Part shown: positions 19,523 through 27,829 of the stretch, one piece after another | Layout of the letters: each line of letters begins with the position of its first letter | How positions within the stretch are numbered: the stretch's first letter is position 1 | Origin: an uncultured Nitrospiraceae bacterium | GTDB lineage: Bacteria; Nitrospirota; Thermodesulfovibrionia; Thermodesulfovibrionales; Dissulfurispiraceae | Direction: 5' to 3' | DNA length: 27,829 nucleotides | Assembly: GCA_963727805.1 (NCBI GenBank) | Contig: CAVSHF010000002.1 | Span: 1 to 27,829, forward strand | Notes under the pieces: model-generated | What the model was told of the DNA's origin: nothing | Seen by the model: only the letters and a program-made list of their open reading frames with translations | Database searches by the model: none | Position numbers and translations under genes: made by a program

Positions 19523-20479
19523 GTGGATATGGTTGAACCGGAGACAGGCAACGTGGATTCCATTCGGGATGCAGTAAAAGATGCTTTCAAGATAGTAGAG
19601 GTTCTTCATGATATGAAAAAGTGTCACGGACTAAAGATTTTGTCGGGCTTTAAGCAACTAGATACCATCTTATCCGGGTTCTTCGTCGGCGATGTGTACG
19701 TGGTATGCGGAGAACCAGGAGTCGGCAAATCATCCTTCGTATACAGTATTGCAAGAAATCTTGCTGTAAAGATGAAGCCTCCAATAGCTTTGGCTTTATT
19801 TAGCTTAGACAAAACGCCGGATCATCTAGCTCTAAAACTTCTATGCGCTGAGGGAGAAACATCATACTGGGGAACGACGTCGGGCAATATAACAAGAGAC
19901 GATTGGCCCAAACTCACTAGCGCGGCAGGACGATTGGCGCAATCTCAAATTTATATAAATTATTCCAATATTGCATCGGCGCAAGATTTAATAAAGCAGA
20001 TCAGTAATCTGGTTGCTAGAAAGTCGAACATATCTCTTTTGATAATTGATTCTTTGCAAAATCTAGTGCCCGAAGACAAGGCAACGGCTTCCGAGTGCCT
20101 CAGAACTTTGAAAGAGACAGCCTTAAAACTAAGACTGCCTATTATTATCACAAGTAGTATTAATATGAAGAAATACCCGAGGAATAAAAACCCGATAGCT
20201 GCAGACCCTAATTATAGCGTGATCACAAAATATTCCGACGTAGTGCTGATATTGCGAAAAGGTGAATGCGAGACCTCACTTCCTTCCATCAAAGAGAGCC
20301 CTTCCTGCAGGTATCAGAATGCGCTGATAGCCAAGATGAAGATCGAAATAACTATCGCCCAGAAGACAAATGGCTTAACGGGGACCCTTTTTCTCGATTA
20401 CATGCCTCAGCATGGCGGGTTCGAGGACATGGATGAGAGACCGGATTCGGCACCAGTAGAATGGTCTGATGCGTATTAA
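19523..20479 (+). CDS. DnaB-like RecA-fold ATPase, C-terminal domain only, degenerate
   Basis: SGFKQLDTILSG, GEPGVGKS, FSLDK, DWPKLTSAAGRL, LLIIDSLQ, LKETALKLRLPII. No N-terminal primase-binding domain. Confidence 0.85.
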   Translation: MDMVEPETGNVDSIRDAVKDAFKIVEVLHDMKKCHGLKILSGFKQLDTILSGFFVGDVYVVCGEPGVGKSSFVYSIARNLAVKMKPPIALALFSLDKTPDHLALKLLCAEGETSYWGTTSGNITRDDWPKLTSAAGRLAQSQIYINYSNIASAQDLIKQISNLVARKSNISLLIIDSLQNLVPEDKATASECLRTLKETALKLRLPIIITSSINMKKYPRNKNPIAADPNYSVITKYSDVVLILRKGECETSLPSIKESPSCRYQNALIAKMKIEITIAQKTNGLTGTLFLDYMPQHGGFEDMDERPDSAPVEWSDAY

Positions 20480-20714
20480 TTGATAAATAATTTATGATTA
20501 TGTCTACCTTCCTGAAATGTTCCCCGCTAAATATGCTATTCAGCATGCAAGACAAACTACCAACGTAGTCTTGAATTGGTGCGAACGTCGGCATGATCTT
20601 GCCCATTTTCTGCGGTATATTTAACTGGAGTCTATCATCATGGATGGATGTCAACATCAGTATGCATCCTTAATGCTTAATATTTCCTTTACAATACGTC
20701 AAAATAGCTTCATC

Positions 20715-21122
20715 CTATTTTAACCACTTACCTTCCGCGGCCTTATGTATGACTTTGTGAAGCACAGAACGATGGCACCGTTGCTCATCTTCACAGTAAC
20801 AACCCACGGCAATAGGACTTCTTTTTGCTATCTCAGAGAGCAGCAGTACTGACTGACGGGCATCTGTATAAGTCGCTAACTCCTTTTCATAGAGTTCAAA
20901 GAACTTGTTCTGATTGGCCTTATCATCAAAATTCCATTTCTTAACTTTATTAAGGAGTTTTCGGCTAGGTGCAACAGTAGGGAGCCAAACATCAAAATAA
21001 TCATGTTTGGCATAATCCTCCTTCTTAACCCCTCTCGGCAGGTATCGAACTGTGCCAACGCGCAAGCCCTCTCCTTCTTCTCTTGGAGTACCACATCGAT
21101 ATGTTTTCAGCTTCAAATTCAT
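20715..21122 (-). CDS. DUF488 (YeaO-like) family protein
   Basis: GLRVGTVRYLPRGVKKE...DVWLPTVAPSRKL...CYCEDEQRCHRSVL. Confidence 0.85.
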   Translation of the reverse strand: MNLKLKTYRCGTPREEGEGLRVGTVRYLPRGVKKEDYAKHDYFDVWLPTVAPSRKLLNKVKKWNFDDKANQNKFFELYEKELATYTDARQSVLLLSEIAKRSPIAVGCYCEDEQRCHRSVLHKVIHKAAEGKWLK

Positions 21123-21154
21123 TCTTCAGCCCCCGTTATTTTCAGCCTTATTCA

Positions 21155-22019
21155 TTACAGATACCTTTCACTTAGATACCGAATATACTCGCCGTGGTGA
21201 GACCGCCATTGACTCGCCAATTTAGCAATCAATTCCTGATATGTCAGCGAATGGAACTTGATTCCGTCTTGCTTTGCCACTTTCGTAAACTCTGTAATTT
21301 CATCCTGATGACATTTACCTTGTTCGCCAAGCACGTCGTACCACAGGTAAAGTAGTCGGAAACCACCCGCTCCAAATTGCCGCTTCAGACCGAGAACGTG
21401 CTTTATCAACTGCGCTGGGTGCAGATGCTTAAATTCATTGTCATCTGGTGAAATCCGTTCCGCAAAGGCTCTCAAACCAGGGATATCACTCCAAATATCA
21501 CCACAGTCCAGGTACTTTTGCTTAAGTCCACCGTGACTATACGCACCGTACGCTTCAGAAAACTTACATTCGATGGCAAACCGCTTATTTTTTGCCTAGG
21601 GCTCGTTGTGGATAACGACATCTATATTAGGGATGAAATCCAAAGCTGTCGCCGATCGGGTACTTCTCCTCGAACTGAATATCGCGGGAAATCTCCGATC
21701 CCTCACGGCAAAAGCCGCACGCCGCTGAGATAATGGGAACTGCCAAGATCGATTTCCAGTACTGGAATACATTCACGCCTAATGCCGAGGATGAGTGTAT
21801 AGCTTGCATTTTCCCAGGCATGCCGCAAGAACCTAGTTCGCCGCCATCTCCTTTGGAAAAGGAACTGCGCACCTCCGGAAGCAATGGTTGAAAGAGCTTG
21901 AAATCAAGGTCTGTGGTGTACGCAGGGCGACCACGATTCGCTCTGCTGCCGATGAGGTCTAAGCCCCGGTTCTTGGCCCATTCAGTTTGTTTAACCAGGA
22001 TGTATTGATATCCGTTCAT
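21155..22019 (-). pseudogene. Putative restriction endonuclease (PD-(D/E)XK, PGN_0703-like); frameshift near 21630 and in-frame TAG at 21596-21598
   Basis: KMQAIHSSSALGVNVF, IQFEEKYP, then in the shifted frame PNIDVVIH...FAIECKFSEAY, then HLHPAQLIKHVLGL...LLYLWYD...LTYQELI. Probable start ATG 22019. Confidence 0.75.
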
Positions 22020-22073
22020 CGTGCTTTTATTCCGAATGTCTGCCACATAATACATTGCTTTCCCATGCAATGC

Positions 22074-25000
22074 TTACCCTCCCCTCCTATTATCCTCAAA
22101 CATCTCTACTGGCATTGGATGCTGTAAATTCCAAACCATCTTGATAGGCCGCTCATCTTCGTATCTGACTAATTTCACAGGTCCAAGATAGGTAAACGGC
22201 ACCGTGACCCCGTTCCGCTTTTTTTGGTCACGGGCAAAAACTAAGATTGTATAGTCACGATTCACATGGTGAATAAGATTCTGGCCGGTTTCAGACTGTT
22301 GAGATGTCGTTGACTGCGACTCCCAGTGTAGTAGTTCCCTGCTAATCGGGTAATCAGCATACATGGTACTCGGGGAAAACTCCTTTTCAGTCTTCTGAAA
22401 GGTTATAGCAGGGCATAGGTTTTAAATTCCGAAAAATGAAACGATCCCACACCTGTTTGCCCAGCTGTCTCTAAGGTTGCCCGGCCAAAAACCGCCTGAA
22501 TCTCCTTGATCCCATAGTGGGCATGAAGTTCAAGTGGACAGGCAAAAGGCAAATCAGGTCTCCTGCCGCTAACCTCGGTTGTATCAAGCGCCCAAGCAAG
22601 TATCTCATCCAGATCGGACAAAATGGACGGATTTGTGGCTAGTCGGCGGAAGGCATCTTCAAGGGATGTTATGCCGAGATTGGTACCTTTATCTCCCCAG
22701 AGTCGGTAGTACAACATCATGACCGAGTCCCCTGCGAGTGCAATTGCCTCAGTAATAGCACCATTGGAGACTAGTTTAAGAACTTCGCGTAACAACGTGG
22801 CTTCTTTCGGCCCATTGATAAATACCGCCCGTATCAGGGTTTTCTTCAGCCTCGCCAGATCAGGGTCATCGGGTATCGAACCAAGCTGTGTCTTAGCTTT
22901 CCACCCAGACCACGTCTCACTAGCCAGAAGTACTTCCGGATCGTAATCGTGATAGCGAATGAAATTGCCAAAGGTCAGCACTTGTCCAGTTTCGCTCGTA
23001 AATGTCTGTAGCCTATCAGGCACCTGAGCGGCTAATCGGCCGAGGTTTTCCTTTATGTTCTCCAAGACGTACTGCCGCGAGAGGCGGTCAAGCTGAATGG
23101 AACAACCGGCCGGAAGATGGGGGAAATCGAGCTCCACTTCCTTGTCAATAGAATAGCGATGCCGTGGCATAAGCGCCTTGAGCTTTGTGTCGGACCGGTA
23201 TCTTCGGTGCGCCTGGCCGACAAAATCGAGCACTGTAAGGCAATCTTTTCCAGGAGCATGGCGCAAGCCTCGTCCCAGCTGCTGAAGGAAGACGGTCAGG
23301 CTTTCGGTGGGTCGGAGGAAGAGAACGGTGTTCACCTCGGGCACGTCGACACCTTCACTGAGTTTGTCGACAGTGAATAGAAAAGTGAGCGTTCCGTTTT
23401 TTAGGTCGGTAAGCAAATTCTGACATTGTTCATCGTCAACCCCAGATACAAAGGCACCCGATGGGATCCTCATCTGCGTGAACTGGTTAGCCATGAAGAC
23501 GGCATGTTTGATAGTGACACAGAAACCAATTCCCTTGACGGTGTTCAGGTCAGACTCATAGCGATTAAGTGCCTCCACAATGGCATTAACTCGTTGATCT
23601 GCTCGTGCACGATCCAGCACATAGACTTTCTCTAAGGCCGCGGCATCATATTTGCCATTGCGCCAGAATTGGTCCTGATTTATGGCAATCGGATCGGCAA
23701 CCCCGAAATAATGGAATGGGCACAGGAGCTTCTCCTCCAACGCCTCAGGCAAGCGTATCTCAGCGGCAAAGCGATTACCAAAGTCGGCCGCTACGTTGTC
23801 GCCGTCCATACGCTCTGGTGTGGCCGTCAGACCGAGGAGTATTTTCGGGGTGAAGTTATCGAAGATTGGCCTATAGCTGTTAGCAGTACCGTGATGTGCT
23901 TCATCGACCACGATGTAGTCGTAGAAATCCTCACCGACCTGCTCCCACAAGCGTCTGCTTGTAAGCATTCCAACAGAGCAAAACAGGTGTTCGAGGCGGT
24001 TGGCCTCATAAGGACCGACTAATAGCTCACCAAAATTTTGGTCACGCAATACATTACTGAAGATCGCCTGTGCCTGCTGAAGAATCTGCTGACGGTGGGC
24101 GATGTAAAGGAGTCGAACCTGCTGTTGTTTCTTTTCGAAGAATTGCTTGAAGTCAAAGGCCGCAACAACGGTCTTGCCGGTACCGGTAGCTGCTATTACT
24201 AAGTTACGCCAGCGGCCATGCGTGTTACGCTCCCGTTCCAGTGCCTCAAGAATGCGCTCCTGAAATGGGTGAGGCCTAAGATCAAAGAAGACTGCCGGTC
24301 CATTTGTTCTGGTATTGCGAGCTCGATCAATAGCAGTTCGAAAGAGTGTCGGATTTTCGGGATCAAAAGGTACAAACTCCCGACTGTTCCAGTAGGTCTC
24401 AAACTCGATGCTAAATTTCTCTAGGATGTGCCCCATGTCCTGGGCAGTTACTTTAAGATTCCATTCTAGCCCGCTTGTAATGGCTGCATGGGACATATTG
24501 GACGATCCAATATAGGCCGTGGAGAATCCGCTGTTGCGCCTAAAGTGGTAAGCCTTGGCATGAAGCCGAGTTCGCTCGATATCATATGAGACGCGTACTT
24601 CTACATTAGGCATATGAGCTAACCATTCCACAGCCGGAGCATCGGATGCCCCCATGTAGGAGGTGGTAATGAGACGGACCGGGACATTACGATCGCGAAG
24701 ATCCTCAAATGTTGATATCAATAGGCGCAGTCCTGACCATTTTATGAATGAGACCAGGATATCCACTGCATCGGCAGAACGCATCTCAGCTTGCAACTCA
24801 TGTGAAAGTTGTGGTTCCTGGGGAGAGCCGGTAAAAAGACTGCTTTCCACTATCGGAGTGTGGGGGCGAGTAATGCCTGACGTACCATAATTCGGAGGAG
24901 TGATTTCCAGGAGCACCGGTTTTGCGGCAGGTACCAGTCGATGCTTTTCAAAGTGGTTCCTGACCGGCTCTTTGGCAACCTGCTCTAGAATCAGGTTGCA

Positions 25001-25201
25001 CAGACCCAGTCGTCTTTCAGGATCAGATTCTTCTCGTAAAGCCTGCTCGAGTACCTTTGCTACGAATGACGCATACCGGGCCGGCTGCTCCTCAGGTTCG
25101 ATTTTGCCAAAAACAGTCCTCAACTCCGGATGCTGGACTAGCGCATCTCGAAGGTATTCATCAAGAAGCTCCTCATATATTCCGTGAGCAAAATGCTTCA
25201 T
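22074..25201 (-). CDS. PLD nuclease-SF2 helicase-DUF3427 fusion (SauUSI-like type IV restriction enzyme); frameshift near 22405
   Basis: LHAKAY...YIGSSNMS (PLD HxK), ATGTGKT, VVDEAHH, GLTATPER, LQQLGRGLR. The C-terminus continues after the shift as ITFQKTEKEFSPSTMYADYPISRELLHWESQS...FTYLG (DUF3427). Confidence 0.92.
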
Positions 25202-25599
25202 CTAGATAACCGAGACTCTGCTAGATACGATTCAATAACTGGTAGGTCAGCCTCAGCCCAATCGAGAGTGAGTAGTTCATCCGATGCTAACCAAGCCACG
25301 GCGGAATGTTCGTGAAGAATTATTTCTCCGGATTCTATAGAGCAAACAAAAGGATATAGTGTGATAGCAAAATCCGCGTAATTGTGGCTGCTATGTGGCA
25401 GGTGTTTCCCCACGCGAACACAAATGCCCAACTCCTCCACCAATTCACGCCGCAGGCACTCTTCCGCCGATTCGCCGGGATCTATCTTTCCACCAGGGAA
25501 CTCCCACTTAAGTGGCAAGCTCATGATGGCACTGCGTTGTGCAGTAAGCACTTTCCCACCATTTTCTATAATAGCGCATGCGACGTGAATATGCTTCAT
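25198..25599 (-). CDS. MutT/NudG-like NUDIX (d)NTP pyrophosphohydrolase
   Basis: WEFPGGKIDPGESAEECLRRELVEELGI Nudix box. ATGA overlap with the downstream helicase gene. Confidence 0.93.
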   Translation of the reverse strand: MKHIHVACAIIENGGKVLTAQRSAIMSLPLKWEFPGGKIDPGESAEECLRRELVEELGICVRVGKHLPHSSHNYADFAITLYPFVCSIESGEIILHEHSAVAWLASDELLTLDWAEADLPVIESYLAESRLSR

Positions 25600-26034
25600 G
25601 GCTCCTTAATGAACGTCACCACCCTCGTGTCACAAGTGGTATTAGGTCTTGGTTCTTGAGTTATTATGATTTCTCCTCGTCTTATCCGAGATCTTCCCTG
25701 CGATATTAGACTTGTTGCCATTCTGTAACACGTTACAGCTTGCTTCTATTTTTTGAGCTATTAACCACAGTCCCAACAGATTTTCACAATTATAGCATTA
25801 AAGGAATTACTTCTGACGCCACCTCAGGGCTACTATTTTTTTAATTCATCACCACTATTTATAAAAAAAAGGAATGTCCCGTTTTTTCCAGTCAAGAGGA
25901 AAAAACAGTGTCTGTTTCGTGACATACAAAGCCCGGCTCTAAACCGTCTGCAAATTGATTATGCACAATCACTTGTGGTAATAAAAAAGAGGATGTTTGG
26001 CCCGAGCGACTAGAGCTATAAGGAATAATGATAA

Positions 26035-26439
26035 ATGGTGATTATTGATTATTCTCGAACATACTTCGAAATTATTCTGAAATCAGCTGTACCATCAAAG
26101 CGTGGCGGAAAATTCGTTCAAATACAAAATGATGATACCGAATATTTCGTTATATCGCCAAGAGATCTTTCCTGTTATCACGCCAACATAGTGGAAAGGT
26201 TCTGTCTATCAAATCATCTTGAAGGCAAGTATACCTCTAAGAAAATGGATAATTATGAGATCGCTGATCAGGATTGGTCCGTCGTCGGTGGCGGGAAATG
26301 GTCCATTGACGAGTATGAAAAGAAGCTCACTCTATTTGACGAATCTACTATATACGGGAAATTCGAAGATGCCAATCTGAGGGAAAATATTCTGCTATCG
26401 CCTCTCTTCAAAGGGTATCAGATTAGAATTATTAGATAG
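26035..26439 (+). CDS. Hypothetical protein resembling the PHPT1/Janus-Ocnus phosphohistidine phosphatase fold
   Basis: GGKFVQI...YHANIVE...VGGGKW...KKLTLFDESTIYG parallels the PHPT1 motifs G.FKYVLI...YHADI...LGGGRI...KKI.VYGYS..YG. Confidence 0.55.
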   Translation: MVIIDYSRTYFEIILKSAVPSKRGGKFVQIQNDDTEYFVISPRDLSCYHANIVERFCLSNHLEGKYTSKKMDNYEIADQDWSVVGGGKWSIDEYEKKLTLFDESTIYGKFEDANLRENILLSPLFKGYQIRIIR

Positions 26440-26745
26440 ATGCAAATATAGTAAGGAGCTGCGATTGAAAAAGCGATGACCCACTTCTCAAGGCATCCGA
26501 AACGCAATTCAGGTTTATAGATCGATATCACTGCGAATCTTGGTGGTTAATCATTCAGTTCGGCATTTACACAGTTTGCGACGAGGTATGCTAGATAGTT
26601 ATTCAATGGTTGAGAGAATAAAGGTATCCGTTTAGTGATAATATATGGCATATAATAAGGAACCATACTGCTGAGGCTTTTGTGCAAAATATGCAGGTAG
26701 ACGGTTTTCAAGGATGCGATATAACAAGCGTGTTTTTAGTGAGAT

Positions 26746-27480
26746 ATGAATAAACATACAATTATATCTGTTGATTTGGCGTATCGGAATTATACTGATG
26801 TCGGAATTGCTCTACTCTCACCTAAAAATAAAGATATCGCGGTCGAGTTAGTTAAACCTGATCAGTATGAGCTAATAGGAGAACCATCGGCGACTGAGCT
26901 TGCCAAGTGCTTAACGCGATTATGTAGCGAGCGAAAATCTCAAATATTAATTCTGGACGGCCCACAGGCCTGGAAAGATCCAGACAATGGGTTAGAGCAC
27001 TGCAGATGTTGTGAACGCCAATTAAACACTCAAGCAAAGACGGGGATACCATATTGCGTAAAGCCGCGAAACTATACACCTTTTGTGAGCTTTTCTATTG
27101 CAGTCTTCAATGAATTGCAAAGAAATGGTATCAGAATACTACACGGATTGAATGATTACCCTGTCAATAATGAGGTCCTGGCATTGGAATCCTATCCATT
27201 TGCGGCCTGGAAAGCTCTCACAATCAAACCCTTGCCTGCAAAATCCAAAGCGACTACTCTCGATATTAGTGATCGTTTGAAAATCCTCAAATGTATGTAC
27301 TCTCTGAATATTTCTGGTTTGCCAACGCATGATGAACTGCAAGCTATTGTGATGGGAATAGCAGGGATATCATTTTTGAGAAGAAACACGGCAGAATATA
27401 TATTAGTTGGCAATCCACCTATTGGGATTGACGGAATAACAAGAGAAGGCTTCATCATCGTGCCAACTAATGCTACATAA
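26746..27480 (+). CDS. DUF429-family predicted nuclease (RNase H-like fold)
   Basis: ISVDLAY, LILDGPQAW, RCCERQL, LESYP, THDELQAIV. Confidence 0.75.
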   Translation: MNKHTIISVDLAYRNYTDVGIALLSPKNKDIAVELVKPDQYELIGEPSATELAKCLTRLCSERKSQILILDGPQAWKDPDNGLEHCRCCERQLNTQAKTGIPYCVKPRNYTPFVSFSIAVFNELQRNGIRILHGLNDYPVNNEVLALESYPFAAWKALTIKPLPAKSKATTLDISDRLKILKCMYSLNISGLPTHDELQAIVMGIAGISFLRRNTAEYILVGNPPIGIDGITREGFIIVPTNAT

Positions 27481-27829
27481 TCCACAACACAGCAATGTTG
27501 GGAACCTTGGAGACATTCTAAAGCATGCAGCGCTTATTAAATTGCTGAAGCTTCTCACTCGGCACAACAAAGCCGGGTTTGCTTATATAGAAACTCATGC
27601 TTTTCTGCTGAATGCTCCGTGTCCCCACCCTACCTTGTGGCTTCAGGAAGTAAATAATGAGCTATTTCTACATGATTCCTATAAGGATTATTTAGATGCC
27701 GAGATAGCAATCATGAATGGTAAACATTACAGATGTTCTGCTGGATTAGCGGTAGATACACTGAAAGCAATGAGAATTGATAACCCATTCATTATCTTGG
27801 CTGAAAAAAATCCTGATACGAGATCCGCC
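27470..27829 (+). CDS. RlmJ-like adenine-N6 methyltransferase, partial (runs off right edge)
   Basis: Manual translation from ATG 27470: MLHNPQHSNVGNLGDILKHAALIKLLKLLTRHNKAGFAYIETHAF...YRCSAGLA...IILAEKNPDTR, matching RlmJ H..GN..D.LKH...F.Y.DTHA...Y.GS...L.E.HP. Not in the ORF track because there is no stop in the window. Confidence 0.7.
   Translation, partial: MLHNPQHSNVGNLGDILKHAALIKLLKLLTRHNKAGFAYIETHAFLLNAPCPHPTLWLQEVNNELFLHDSYKDYLDAEIAIMNGKHYRCSAGLAVDTLKAMRIDNPFIILAEKNPDTRSA

Noticed and set aside
25861..25920. GGAATGTCCC / GTTTTTTCC-N8-GGAAAAAAC hairpin resembling a REP-like or transposon-end scar
   Set aside because: Single low-complexity instance with no transposase nearby.

Overview
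Bacterial accessory/defence-island-like region with no rRNA, tRNA, CRISPR array or transposase recognised. Left to right: a diverged ~1.14-kb tandem duplication (MerR-type HTH / DUF4258-like gene / small basic peptide); an N-formylglutamate amidohydrolase-family gene running into an AddB/AddA-like nuclease-helicase pair; an orphan sigma54-type flhG/fleN; a NucS-like nuclease with a probable EVE-like domain; a HEAT-repeat protein; a PD-(D/E)XK nuclease; a minus-strand block ClpP -> tandem AAA+ ATPase -> HTH-WYL regulator -> DUF2779 nuclease, divergent from a degenerate DnaB-like ATPase; a NUDIX -> PLD-helicase-DUF3427 (SauUSI-like) -> PD-(D/E)XK endonuclease -> DUF488 operon; a PHPT1/Janus-like small protein; and DUF429 overlapping an RlmJ-like methyltransferase that runs off the edge. 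The most striking signal is a palindromic box (CTGCCA-N6-TGGCAG consensus) found four times, each in front of a different transcription unit. In three cases TGGCAG lies exactly 10 nt from a TAnnnT -10 element, the geometry of PafBC-activated promoters, suggesting a WYL-controlled regulon containing a ClpP/AAA protease pair and a pseudo-DnaB. Many genes carry 1-nt indels, which may be long-read consensus errors. All family assignments come from motif recognition by eye, not database searches.
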